From Minisyncoccia bacterium (lineage in GTDB: Bacteria > Patescibacteriota > Minisyncoccia > Phycocordibacterales > PALSA-1337), in the NCBI GenBank assembly GCA_049997795.1, contig JBEKVT010000001.1, positions 101,067 through 165,066 of the forward strand: a DNA stretch of 64,000 bases, in the 5' to 3' direction. The notes beneath the pieces are model-generated. The model did no database searches. It was not told where the DNA came from and saw nothing but the letters and a program-made list of their open reading frames with translations. Shown here in pieces: positions 54,211-63,794 of the stretch (position 1 is the stretch's first letter; each line of letters begins with the position of its first letter). The position numbers and the translations under genes were made by a program.

Positions 54211-54885
54211 TCAGAAATTAATGCCAGTGAACAAACGGAACACCCACGGGATGACCGGCGACAGGATCTGCCAGAGGAAGAAGACTACGATGAGGACGAA
54301 GACCGGCGCGTAGGATTCGAGGACGTAGCGGACGCGGCCGTACTGGGTCGGCAGAGCGGCGAAGAGGAGTTTCGAGCCGTCGAGGGGCGGCAACGGGATC
54401 AGGTTGAAAACGGCCAGCACTATGTTGATGACGACGATATAAGAGATAATGGTGATGAACGGCGCTATGGCCACGGCGGAAGCGGCATCCGTGATGCCGT
54501 ACGATATGAAACGCAGGATGGTGCCGAAGACGAGGGCGATCGCCAGATTCGATGCCGGCCCGGCGATGGCTATCAAGGGCTCGCCGATGCGCCTGTTCTT
54601 CAGGTTGTAAGGGTTGTACGGTACCGGCTTGGCCCAGCCGAAAGTGAAGCCCATGAGCGAGGTCACGAGCGGCACGATGATAGAGCCGATGGGGTCGATG
54701 TGCTTCAGGGGGTTCAGCGAGAGCCGGCCCGATAGCCTCGCCGTCGGGTCGCCCAGAGCTTCGGCCATGTAACCGTGCGACACCTCATGGAGGATGACCG
54801 AGAATATGAGGATGACGATCGAGAGGATGATGAAAAGCATGAAGAGTTTCGGCGGCTTGAATCCGCTCGGACTCCATGATACCAT
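54211..54885 (-). CDS. Site-2 protease family (M50) zinc metallopeptidase
   Basis: HEVSHGYMAEALGD HExxH in a TM helix; multiple TM helices; 224 aa. Confidence 0.65.
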   Translation of the reverse strand: MVSWSPSGFKPPKLFMLFIILSIVILIFSVILHEVSHGYMAEALGDPTARLSGRLSLNPLKHIDPIGSIIVPLVTSLMGFTFGWAKPVPYNPYNLKNRRIGEPLIAIAGPASNLAIALVFGTILRFISYGITDAASAVAIAPFITIISYIVVINIVLAVFNLIPLPPLDGSKLLFAALPTQYGRVRYVLESYAPVFVLIVVFFLWQILSPVIPWVFRLFTGINF

Positions 54886-54901
54886 ACGGGCTCATCGTTT
54901 T

Positions 54902-55144
54902 ATGGCCAAATCCTGCGACATCACCAAGCGAGGCTCCGTCTCCGGCGGCCGGTATTCCAACCGGACGCGCGCCACGCAGTTCAATCCCTGCGGCACCATA
55001 AGGCGCTACCCGAATCTCCAGAAGAAGACCGTCTACGTCCCCGAATTGAAGAAATCGGTGCGCATCACCGTCTCCGCCCGCGGCCTCCGCACTATCGAGA
55101 AGAAGGGCGCTTTCCGGGCCCTGCGCGACGCCGGGATAATCTAA
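54902..55144 (+). CDS. rpmB: 50S ribosomal protein L28
   Basis: MAKSCDITKRGSVSGGRYSNRTRATQF... matches L28. The start is trimmed to the ATG at 54902. Confidence 0.8.
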   Translation: MAKSCDITKRGSVSGGRYSNRTRATQFNPCGTIRRYPNLQKKTVYVPELKKSVRITVSARGLRTIEKKGAFRALRDAGII

Positions 55145-55170
55145 GGCTTGCCGTCGTTTTCGAGCTTGAA

Positions 55171-55197
55171 GGCCGCGTTACCGCGGTTTTTTGTTTT
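55171..55197 (+). terminator. Intrinsic terminator after rpmB (ccgcg-ttac-cgcgg + TTTTTTGTTTT)
   Basis: Read directly from the sequence. Confidence 0.5.
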
Positions 55198-55212
55198 ACC
55201 TGGCGCTGGTTC

Positions 55213-56139
55213 TTATTGATTACTGACGCCTACATGCATTCCGTCTGACACGATCTTCACCGTGCCGGTCTTGCGGACATTGAACCGGCGGTCATCCGTG
55301 ATCCCGGCCAATGGGTCGCCAGCGGCTTTTTTCTTCGCAGCGGCCGGCGGCTTCTTCGGCGACTTCATAATCTGCTGTGAGTACAGCAGAAAATCCGGTG
55401 CCATTGAATCCACTAATTCGGCCGAGACGTTCGATGCCGTAGCGCTCTGTGAGATAACCACGGCATCGGCCGGTTTTTGATTCTCTGTGGCGACGAACTT
55501 CTGGATCTTGACGCCGGCCCCGCCGAGAAGAGCAACGGAGGTCGAGCCATACTCTATTCTCATGACGATCTCGGGAACGCTGGCCTTAGAATAATTGAAT
55601 CGGTCGGCAGGAACGGGAAACAGAGTGTCGGCCGTTACGCCGTCATTTGAATCAATACCGGTTCGATCAAGAACTAGTCTGTCTCCGGACAAGACTTTCT
55701 GAACGGGAATATGATGTAAGTCGATCGTCTCGATGAATGTCCGGTAGATCGGGTCGCTCGAGCTGGCCAGACCGAGGCTTTCCAAGGTTACGTCCGGAAT
55801 AATGGCCTTATCGACAGAATAGCGATTCAAGGCCTCGATGAGCCCAGTCACATTTTTACCATCGGCGGCCGTGGCGACGACGGAATCTATCCGTCTGGAA
55901 TAAAAAGGCAGGATCTTCGTCAGGCGGCGGATGACTTCCGCGTTCGAGCCGCCATCGATCAATATCCTCTTGTCGTTTGGAGTCCTGATGAAAACAGCTG
56001 GGGCTCCGGGCAGGTCGAAGACGAAAAGCTCGAGGACCGCCGGCCGGCGCGATTCGTGCCAGGCATAAAGACCGGTGCCGCTTAGGGCCGCGGCCCCGGC
56101 AGCAAAAATGAGCAGTGGTTTCGACGCACCTTTTATCAT
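55213..56139 (-). CDS. MBL-fold metallo-hydrolase with an N-terminal TM helix, resembling the ComEC C-terminal beta-lactamase domain, encoded as a separate gene
   Basis: An N-terminal signal/TM segment and an MBL-like core (ILIDGGSN...). It lies 1.6 kb downstream of the comEC competence-domain gene with three genes in between. Confidence 0.55.
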   Translation of the reverse strand: MIKGASKPLLIFAAGAAALSGTGLYAWHESRRPAVLELFVFDLPGAPAVFIRTPNDKRILIDGGSNAEVIRRLTKILPFYSRRIDSVVATAADGKNVTGLIEALNRYSVDKAIIPDVTLESLGLASSSDPIYRTFIETIDLHHIPVQKVLSGDRLVLDRTGIDSNDGVTADTLFPVPADRFNYSKASVPEIVMRIEYGSTSVALLGGAGVKIQKFVATENQKPADAVVISQSATASNVSAELVDSMAPDFLLYSQQIMKSPKKPPAAAKKKAAGDPLAGITDDRRFNVRKTGTVKIVSDGMHVGVSNQ

Positions 56140-56243
56140 AGCGCGGACAGTATAGACAGAGCCGGTTCAAAAAACCCTCAAAAAAGGTTAAAATGCCGGT
56201 GAAGAAAGATTAAAATCCTAATGAACTTTCTTTCAAAATCACC

Positions 56244-56837
56244 ATGAAAACATTCACTGCCAGGACCTTCGAGATACCGGTCTTGAAAGGCATATCCACC
56301 AAGACCGTCGAAGAGCACCTGAAGCTCTACCAGGGCTACGTCAAGAACGCCAACTCGGTCCTCGAGAAGATCGAGGAATTGAAAGCGGATGCCGACAAGA
56401 ATACCTATCTTCTCGGCGAACTTAACCGCCGCTTCAGCTTCGAATACAACGGCATGCGCAATCATGAGGTCTATTTCGCCTCTCTCGAAGGCAGCGCCGC
56501 GGCCCCCTCGGACTCGGGCCCGCTCAAGAAGAAGATCGCCGAGACCTGGGGCTCGTTCGAGGCCTGGCTTGCCGGCTTCAAGGCCTTGGCTATGACTCGC
56601 GGCATTGGCTGGGCGGTCCTATGGTACGACCGCAAGGACGACCGACTCCTCGCTTCCTGGGTAGATGAACAGCACCTGGGCCAACTGAATGACTGCGCCA
56701 TGATCCTCGGTCTCGACATGTGGGAGCACTCGTACGTTGCCGATTACCAGCCTTCCGGCAAGAAGAATTACGTCGAAGACTTTTTCGCCAACCTAAATTG
56801 GGAAGTCGTCGAGAAGAACTTCAAGGAAGCCCGATAA
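56244..56837 (+). CDS. sodA: Fe/Mn superoxide dismutase-family protein
   Basis: All four metal-ligand positions are present (EEH, RNHEVYF, DMWEHSYV), and the GIGWAVLW region matches the SOD C-terminal domain. Confidence 0.65.
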   Translation: MKTFTARTFEIPVLKGISTKTVEEHLKLYQGYVKNANSVLEKIEELKADADKNTYLLGELNRRFSFEYNGMRNHEVYFASLEGSAAAPSDSGPLKKKIAETWGSFEAWLAGFKALAMTRGIGWAVLWYDRKDDRLLASWVDEQHLGQLNDCAMILGLDMWEHSYVADYQPSGKKNYVEDFFANLNWEVVEKNFKEAR

Positions 56838-56897
56838 GAAAAAATCTACCGGGGTCAGGATATCGGATTTTTGCTTTCGATCTGATATGATTCCGGC

Positions 56898-57359
56898 ATG
56901 CACGGAAACGACACCGACAAGCAGGTCTTCTTCTATGAGCACGAATTCTACGTCCTCTCCAACTTCTCTTCTTTCGCCATCGAATGGAAGGGCAAGCTGT
57001 GGCCGACATCGGAACACGCCTATCAGGCAGAATGTTTCGACGACGAGGGCTTGAAAGAGAAGATAAGGAACGCCCGTTCCGCCCACAATGCGATGAAGCT
57101 TGCGGAGGCTAATGAAAAGAGATATCGAAGCGGTTGGGATGACATCAAACTGGACGTCATGAGAGAGATTCTGCGCGCTAAGGTCGCCCAGCACCCGTAT
57201 ATCAGGAAGAAGCTTTTGGAGACCGGCGATAGAGAGCTTATCGAAGACTCGTGGCGCGACTCATATTGGGGTTGGGGGCCAGCTAAGGACGGCGAGAATC
57301 ATCTCGGCAAGCTTTGGATGGAAGTCAGGGCGGAGTTGAAGGAAAAATCTGGGGTATAA
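56898..57359 (+). CDS. NADAR (YbiA/DUF1768) family protein
   Basis: LSNFSSFAIEWKGKLWPTSEHAYQAECF ... SYWGWGP ... NHLGKLWMEVR pattern. Confidence 0.65.
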   Translation: MHGNDTDKQVFFYEHEFYVLSNFSSFAIEWKGKLWPTSEHAYQAECFDDEGLKEKIRNARSAHNAMKLAEANEKRYRSGWDDIKLDVMREILRAKVAQHPYIRKKLLETGDRELIEDSWRDSYWGWGPAKDGENHLGKLWMEVRAELKEKSGV

Positions 57360-57436
57360 GCTTTTTGATCTGTCGGTGTTTTATCAGAAAAAACCCGCGA
57401 ACGACATCGCGGGTCTTGATACCGACGTAAATGAGG

Positions 57437-57682
57437 CTAGTTTCCGGAGTGCGGGCCTGAATCTTGTTCAAGAGCCTTGAATTCGATCTCTTCCTGCGTG
57501 ATCTCGATCCAGAGCTGACGGGCCGCCGGGATCTTGCCGCAGACATCGTCCGGGCACGCCTTAAGCGGTGCGCCGGACATGATATTGGCAATGGTTTCTC
57601 CGTCGAGATTCCGAACCATCTCGCTGAGACGGGCGCGTTTCTCGCCCAGCGTTTCGCCGCCGATGACTGTGGAAGCTTGCAT
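57437..57682 (-). CDS. Hypothetical small protein
   Basis: 81-aa ORF with GGAGGG 7 nt upstream of the ATG. Confidence 0.4.
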   Translation of the reverse strand: MQASTVIGGETLGEKRARLSEMVRNLDGETIANIMSGAPLKACPDDVCGKIPAARQLWIEITQEEIEFKALEQDSGPHSGN

Positions 57683-57736
57683 GATAGTTGCCCTCCTGTC
57701 TTTTGAATGTTGAGAACGTGGTTACCGCCCAAGATA

Positions 57737-59164
57737 CTAGTCCCGAGATATTGCCATGTCAATACGACCGCGCTTGATTCTTCCCCGCCAAAAGAAGGCG
57801 CCGACGAACGCGGCGTAAAAAGCCGCCACCCACCAGATCGAGAATGGAGGAAAGTGGGCTGCGGCGAACGGCAACCGAGCGGAATGCTCAACGGTGAAAA
57901 GCTCGTATGAGAGGAGGGTGTGGGCACCCCAGCCGACAACTACGGAGACGGCGTATGAGACGAAGCCGGCGACGCCGGTCAGAAAGACGAGGAGCATCGT
58001 CGCCGGGATGAACGGCAGGATCAGGATGTTGACCGCCACGCCGATGATCGAGATCTGCCCCATCATATATAGAATGTAGGGCGAGACGAAGATCTGGGTG
58101 GCTAGACACGAAGCGACCGTGCCACGCATGCCGAACTTCTCGGGGATGAACCGGAGGTGCTCTTCGATGGGCGAGGCCAGAAGGACGAGGCCGACGGTGG
58201 CCAGAAAAGACAGCTGGAACGACGGGTCGTGCATCAATATGAGCGGATTGGCTATGAGCATGATGAGAGCGGCGAAAGCCAGAGCGCGATGGACGCTGTA
58301 ATCCCGGCGGATGAGGTCGGCTATCAAGGCGATACCGGCCATGAAGCAAGAGCGGACGACCGTGGCCCCGCCGCCCACAAGGATGCCGAAGAGGGCGATG
58401 CCTATGCCGCCCACGACTATGCCCCAGACTCTGGGCAAGAACGAGAGGGTGCGCCGGAGGGCCACCGCCACGATGGTGGTGTTGAAACCCGACAGGACGA
58501 CAATGTGGATCAGGCCGACCGTCCGGAAGTCGTTGAGAAGGCTTGCGCCGAGCGCGCTCTTCTCCCCCACTACCAAGCCGGCGGCCAGGGCGGCATGCGG
58601 CTCGCCGAGGACTCGCTCTAGATTGGCCACGAATCCGCGCTTCAGGGAGAAAAGACTGGAATTTGTGCCGTCGGCCAATGATCCAAGCGACCCGAGAATC
58701 GATCTTTGCTTAAAATCTTCGATCGTGCTCGTGCTCAACGAGACAACGGCGCTTTTCATCTCGTAATAGACGCCGTCTTTGGCCAGGTATCCCTTGTAAT
58801 CGAAGGTGCGGCCGCTGTCGCCTGAAAAATTGAACGGTTTTGACAGTTTCCCTGTGAATATGACACGGTCACCATAGGAAAAACGTGGATACGGTTTGGT
58901 TTTCACTCTGACCAAGATGTCGGCGGCGCACAGGATGGCTCTGCTCGAGCTCGCGGTCGGGACGACGAAGACCTTCTCGGCAGATATGATAAATACTTGC
59001 CCTGTTTCTTTGCGTTCCGGGTCTTCGGTTACCGTGCCGACGCCGCGATCGACGTGCTTGAGGCAGTCGTAAGCGTCTGGTGGACGCGACGAGAGCGACG
59101 CAGCCACGCGGAAGATCGCCGCGGCGACGAATATGCCCCAGAAGATGAAAACGCGCCCTTTCAC
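57737..59164 (-). CDS. comEC: ComEC/Rec2 DNA internalisation channel (DUF4131 + competence domain), lacking the fused MBL domain
   Basis: 475 aa with an N-terminal OB/DUF4131 region, then a multi-TM competence domain (LIHIVVLSGFN...); GTG start. Confidence 0.75.
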   Translation of the reverse strand: MKGRVFIFWGIFVAAAIFRVAASLSSRPPDAYDCLKHVDRGVGTVTEDPERKETGQVFIISAEKVFVVPTASSSRAILCAADILVRVKTKPYPRFSYGDRVIFTGKLSKPFNFSGDSGRTFDYKGYLAKDGVYYEMKSAVVSLSTSTIEDFKQRSILGSLGSLADGTNSSLFSLKRGFVANLERVLGEPHAALAAGLVVGEKSALGASLLNDFRTVGLIHIVVLSGFNTTIVAVALRRTLSFLPRVWGIVVGGIGIALFGILVGGGATVVRSCFMAGIALIADLIRRDYSVHRALAFAALIMLIANPLILMHDPSFQLSFLATVGLVLLASPIEEHLRFIPEKFGMRGTVASCLATQIFVSPYILYMMGQISIIGVAVNILILPFIPATMLLVFLTGVAGFVSYAVSVVVGWGAHTLLSYELFTVEHSARLPFAAAHFPPFSIWWVAAFYAAFVGAFFWRGRIKRGRIDMAISRD

Positions 59165-59260
59165 GGGCGCATCTTACAGTCCGAAGGTTAAATTTCCGTT
59201 CAAAAAAGCCTCAAATCCTGGTGAATTTTTATTCAAAATCCGATGAAGAGGCTCTCTCCA

Positions 59261-59986
59261 TCAAAACGTCCCGAATTCCTCGATTATCCTGCTTTCATCC
59301 GCGGCGTCAGTCGATTTTTTGTACTTGGCGCCGGCTACACTCTTCACTCTTTTCTCGCACTCTTCCCAGGTGTGATGGACTTCGATGACGCCGTCGACCA
59401 TACTGACATAGGAATATGCCTTGGCGCGGGAATGCGACGCTTCCGATCTCTTCGCAGTTAACTTTGATTTGTCGCCCGAGACATCCAGGATGTCTGGCAA
59501 GTCGTATCCGGCGAGCGGGCCTCTATAAAGCTTCACCTTCATGCCGTCGGCGAAGGCTGTGGCTATATGATCGCACCTCTCGTTTCCCAGAACGCCGACG
59601 TGTCCGCCGACGCGTCGCCAATCTATCTCGCGGGCCTCGGCCAAGCCGTCCAGTTCCTCCCATAGATCCCGGTTGAGGACGTCTTTCTTTGCCTTCGTCT
59701 TCCATTTGCCTTTCTTCCAGACCTTTATCCATTTGGTTATGCCGTTCATGACGTAAGAAGAGTCTGTATGGAGCGCGACCTTCGAGCCTTTCGGCGTCTT
59801 TTTGAGCGCCTTGATGGCCGCCGTCAATTCCATGACGTTATTGGTGGTCTCTTTCGCGCCTCCGCCAAGCTCGACAACCTTGTTTCCGTCAGCCACCAAG
59901 ACCGCCCCCCAGCCGCCGGGTCCGGGGTTGCCTCTCGAGGCGCCGTCGGTGAATATGACGATGATGGAAGGCTTGGCCATATTCAA
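59261..59986 (-). CDS. rnhA: Ribonuclease HI with a C-terminal hybrid-binding (Cauli_VI-like) domain
   Basis: The RNase H1 catalytic core (TDGASRGNPGPGGWGAVL ... ELTAAIKAL ... HTDS) plus the C-terminal YSYVSMVDGVIEVHHTWEECEKRVKSVAGAKYKK HBD-like segment. Confidence 0.75.
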   Translation of the reverse strand: MNMAKPSIIVIFTDGASRGNPGPGGWGAVLVADGNKVVELGGGAKETTNNVMELTAAIKALKKTPKGSKVALHTDSSYVMNGITKWIKVWKKGKWKTKAKKDVLNRDLWEELDGLAEAREIDWRRVGGHVGVLGNERCDHIATAFADGMKVKLYRGPLAGYDLPDILDVSGDKSKLTAKRSEASHSRAKAYSYVSMVDGVIEVHHTWEECEKRVKSVAGAKYKKSTDAADESRIIEEFGTF

Positions 59987-61719
59987 GATTTTATCACGTC
60001 GACGACGCGCAGTCGCAGCTCGGGCGTATTCCGGAACATGGATTTCTCCAATGAAGCCACCAGATCAAGCGTTTTTCCGGCCTGAAGGGCAGGAGCCCAA
60101 TCGTTCGTGACACCGAAGAACGATATCGCGGAGATCTTTCCGCCGTTCTCTTTATCGAAGACCAGCTCTATGTGCTCGCTTCCCTTCCCGAAGCGGCGCA
60201 CTGACGTCGGCGACACCTTTTTGAATAGAAAAACTGGCTTCGGATTGCCGATGCCGAATGGAGCGAGCCTCGAGATATCGTCATACAGGCGCGAATCGAT
60301 GTCTTCCAGGGACAGCTCGGCGTCAATCATGTCATCCTCGCCGCCGGCCGGCCCATTTGCTTCTCCAGAATCGGAACTCAGTCGTTTTGCGCCCTCATTC
60401 AGGCGCTGTTCAAGATAATGGACGGCCTCGTCATTCACGGTGAATCCCCCGGAATGCCTGTGGCCGCCGAATTCCGTCAGGACGCCCGGCGCGACCGCTC
60501 TCATTAGCTCGACGACGTGAGTCTTCCCTTCCGATCTGCATGAGCCCTTGAAACGCGAGTCGCCGTCGCGGCCCCAGAGGAAGACCGGCCGATGGAATTC
60601 TTCGACGCACGAGTTCGCCGCAAGGCCGAGGAGCGAGGGGCGCCAAGCCGGATTGCCGAGGACGATGACCGAGGGCATGTCGGTGCCGTGGCGGCTCCGG
60701 ACAGTCTTTTTGACTTCCTTGACGAGCGAGGCCACCACGCCCTTGCGTTCGTCGTTCACGCGGTCCAAGCGCTCCGCCCGTAGGGCCGCGTCAGCGTCGT
60801 TATCGGCGATCAGGAGATCATATGCGTCCATCGGCACGCCCATTCGGGAGGCGGCGTTTATCCTGGGCGTGATCATGAAAGTGATATCGTCTTCGGTCAC
60901 ATATCCCTGCGGCATCCTCAATCTCGAGAACAATTGCTTCAAGCCTTTCCGCTGGCTTTTGCGCATGACCGCCAAGCCGTAATGGGCGAACACCCGGTTC
61001 TCCCCGGTGAGCGGCACCATGTCGGAGAGCGTGGCCAAGCCGACGAGATCCAGAAGCCATTTTTCCATGCCTTTCTTCAGACCGAAGCGGTCCTTGGCCA
61101 GGATCGCCTGGATCAGCTTGAAAGCCACGCCTGTGCCGCAGAGATCCTTGTCGGGGTAGGCGCAATCGGCCTGCTTGTGATCGACGATGGCGAAAGCCGG
61201 CGGCAATCCTTGCGGCGGTTCGTGGTGATCAGTGATGATCACGTCTATTCCAAGCTTATTGGCGCGCTCGACAGCCACAGTATCAGAAATACCGCAATCG
61301 ACAGTGATGACGAGCTTGGCGCCCTGCTCCGATAATGAAGCGACGGCTTCCTCATTCAAACCGAAACCTTCGTGGTGGCGGTGCGGGATGTAGATGATGA
61401 AATCCTTGAAGCCGATCCTGTTGAAGAAATCGTAGAACATGGCCGCGCCCGGGATGCCGTCGGCGTCATAATCAGCGTATATGGCGATTTTTTCGTTGTT
61501 CTTGACCGCTTTGATGATCCTGTCGGCAGCCTTGTCGGCGTCTTTCAAGAGCGACGGATCATAGGTATCGCGTTCGTAGTCTGGGTTCAAAAATCTATCG
61601 GCGGAGGTCTTGTCGGCAAGGCCGCGATGAAATAAAAGATGTGCGAGTAGGTCTGAATGCCCGGTTAAGGCATCCTTTTCGTGGGCGGTGAGCGTTCGGC
61701 GCTTGGCGTATGCGGGCAT
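59983..61719 (-). CDS. recJ: Single-stranded-DNA-specific exonuclease RecJ
   Basis: DHH family motifs (IYADYDADG, ITDHH) and a DHHA1 region; 578 aa. Confidence 0.85.
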   Translation of the reverse strand: MPAYAKRRTLTAHEKDALTGHSDLLAHLLFHRGLADKTSADRFLNPDYERDTYDPSLLKDADKAADRIIKAVKNNEKIAIYADYDADGIPGAAMFYDFFNRIGFKDFIIYIPHRHHEGFGLNEEAVASLSEQGAKLVITVDCGISDTVAVERANKLGIDVIITDHHEPPQGLPPAFAIVDHKQADCAYPDKDLCGTGVAFKLIQAILAKDRFGLKKGMEKWLLDLVGLATLSDMVPLTGENRVFAHYGLAVMRKSQRKGLKQLFSRLRMPQGYVTEDDITFMITPRINAASRMGVPMDAYDLLIADNDADAALRAERLDRVNDERKGVVASLVKEVKKTVRSRHGTDMPSVIVLGNPAWRPSLLGLAANSCVEEFHRPVFLWGRDGDSRFKGSCRSEGKTHVVELMRAVAPGVLTEFGGHRHSGGFTVNDEAVHYLEQRLNEGAKRLSSDSGEANGPAGGEDDMIDAELSLEDIDSRLYDDISRLAPFGIGNPKPVFLFKKVSPTSVRRFGKGSEHIELVFDKENGGKISAISFFGVTNDWAPALQAGKTLDLVASLEKSMFRNTPELRLRVVDVIKS

Positions 61720-61921
61720 TGTGTCGATTATATCACGCTCATCCTAGGACTATCTGACGGACTGACACAGTATTTGACCGACAGCCAGGTACATGGTAAG
61801 TTCTCTCCCGGTCTAAAAGTACAAACGGCTGGCGTTCCGCCGGCCAAGAAAGGAATCTCTGAAAACAACGAATGGAGCGAAGGTCCATCCTCTGGACCTT
61901 AAAGAGGACGATCGGATAACC

Positions 61922-62269
61922 GTGGTCAAGAAGACGGTCGCCAAGGAATGTTCTGTGGATCTTGTCTGTTTCTTCCAAGAGAAGCGGGGCAAGGAAAGCA
62001 TAAGCTGGGCGCGTCAGCTCGCCATGTATCTTTGTCTGGAGTTCAAGCTCGGTTCGCAGGAGGAGGTCGCCGAGAGATTCGGGCGAAATCGCACGAACCT
62101 CGTCTATGTCCAGAAGATCATCGCCACACAGCTCGAGATGTTCGACTTGAAGTCCAGGCTGCGGAACGAACAGCTATTCAAATGCCGCAGGCTGATCCAG
62201 GAACATCCGGTCTTCGAGTACGCGAGGTTGTCTCCGCCTCAGCTGATTTCCCAGCCCGTTTCCGCCTGA
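61922..62269 (+). CDS. Stand-alone DnaA domain-IV-like (HTH) protein
   Basis: ISWARQLAMYLCLEFKLGSQEEVAERFGRNRTNLVYVQKI matches the DnaA C-terminal DNA-binding domain; 115 aa; GTG start. Confidence 0.5.
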   Translation: MVKKTVAKECSVDLVCFFQEKRGKESISWARQLAMYLCLEFKLGSQEEVAERFGRNRTNLVYVQKIIATQLEMFDLKSRLRNEQLFKCRRLIQEHPVFEYARLSPPQLISQPVSA

Positions 62270-62313
62270 GAAGTGGAACGGGCTTTTTATTTTTGTAGTA
62301 CAATAAGGACGTC

Positions 62314-62679
62314 ATGATGCCAGACTGCGTCTTTTGCAAGATGGTCAAGAGGGAAATCCCGGCTTATATCGTCTACGAGGACGAGGATTTCATGGCATTC
62401 CTCGACATCCATCCACAATCGCCCGGGCATGTTCAGGTCGTTCCCAAGAAGCATTATCGTTGGGTCTGGAACGTGCCGAACCTGGGCCAGTACTTCGAGG
62501 TGGTCGGCAAGATCGCCCGGGCGCAACAAAAGGCCTTCAGTAACGACCAGGTCCTATGCCGGATCGTCGGTGAGGAAGCAGAACATGCTCATATCTGGAT
62601 CTATCCCAGCTACAAGGCTAAGGGAGACAAGATGGATTTCGAGTGGAATGCGAAGAAGATCATAGAGAAGCTACGATAG
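62314..62679 (+). CDS. HIT family (histidine triad) protein
   Basis: HAHIWIYP histidine triad and an N-terminal CVFCKM zinc-binding region. Confidence 0.8.
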   Translation: MMPDCVFCKMVKREIPAYIVYEDEDFMAFLDIHPQSPGHVQVVPKKHYRWVWNVPNLGQYFEVVGKIARAQQKAFSNDQVLCRIVGEEAEHAHIWIYPSYKAKGDKMDFEWNAKKIIEKLR

Positions 62680-63792
62680 CGCTTCTATCCCCGGCAGAGT
62701 GCCTGTAGCCAGGAAGTCGAGCATGGCTCCGCCGCCGGTCGAGATGAAGGTGAACTTGTCCGCCACGCCGAGAGTATCGATGGCCGCCAAGGTGTCGCCG
62801 CCGCCGACTATGGTTGTGGCGCCTCGAGCCGTGGTATCGCCGATCATTTTGGCCAACTCGAGAGTCGGCCCTTTGTAGCCGTCCTCGTATACGCCGAGCG
62901 GGCCGTTCCAGAGGATGAATCTGGCGGCATTTATTTTCTCTTGAAGCGCGGCGACTGTCTTCTCTCCCGCGTCGACTATCTTGTCGTCCGCCGACAGGGC
63001 ATTGGAGGCCCTGGTCTCGCGTTTCTCCGTGACGACATCGACCGGCAGGAGTAGTTTGGAGCTGCCCAGGAACTTTTTGAAATCGAAACCTGTTTTCGAA
63101 AGAGCGGATAGGCCTGTCTCATAGCCCTTGGCTTTGAAGAAATCGTTGGCCAGGGCCCCGCCCACGAAAATAGTATCGGCGGTATCGAAAAATCTCTCGA
63201 TGACGGGTAATTTCGTCTCGAATTTAGCCCCGCCCAAGATGAAGAGGAACGGATGGGCGGGATCGAAGGCTCGCGACAGGTTCGCTACTTCTTTCTCCAG
63301 CTGAAGGCCGGCGTAGCTCGGCAGGAATCTGGGGACGCCGACGATTGAGGCGTGCTTCCGGTGACAGACCGAGAAGGCGTCGTCGACGTATATGTCGGCG
63401 AGCGAGGCGAGATCTCTGGCGAACTTCTCGCTGTTGGCCTTCTCGCCCTCGAACTGGCGGAGATTCTCCAAGAGCATGCAGTCGCTCCCCGCCGAGCCGC
63501 TCTCGATGAGATCGCGGGCGGTCCTGATACTGCTCACGAACAGGGCGTGTAGACCGAGCTCGGCGAGGCGCCGGACGACCGGTTCGAGCGAAGGAGTCCC
63601 GCCGTCGATCGATTCCATATGGCTTGCGAGCACGATCTTCGCCCCCTTGGCCCGCAGGAAATCGACGGTCGGCATGGCAGCTTTGATGCGGGTGTCGTCT
63701 GAGACGACGCCGTCTCGCAACGGCACATTGAAATCGACGCGCAGAAAGACCTTCACGCCTTCAAAATTCCCTATGTCGCGGAGGGTTTTCAT
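62671..63792 (-). CDS. pgk: Phosphoglycerate kinase
   Basis: RVDFNVP, the hinge and C-domain motifs. The start is taken at MKTLRD (an alternative lies 15 nt upstream and overlaps tpiA). Confidence 0.9.
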   Translation of the reverse strand: MKTLRDIGNFEGVKVFLRVDFNVPLRDGVVSDDTRIKAAMPTVDFLRAKGAKIVLASHMESIDGGTPSLEPVVRRLAELGLHALFVSSIRTARDLIESGSAGSDCMLLENLRQFEGEKANSEKFARDLASLADIYVDDAFSVCHRKHASIVGVPRFLPSYAGLQLEKEVANLSRAFDPAHPFLFILGGAKFETKLPVIERFFDTADTIFVGGALANDFFKAKGYETGLSALSKTGFDFKKFLGSSKLLLPVDVVTEKRETRASNALSADDKIVDAGEKTVAALQEKINAARFILWNGPLGVYEDGYKGPTLELAKMIGDTTARGATTIVGGGDTLAAIDTLGVADKFTFISTGGGAMLDFLATGTLPGIEALS

Positions 63793-63794
63793 GT

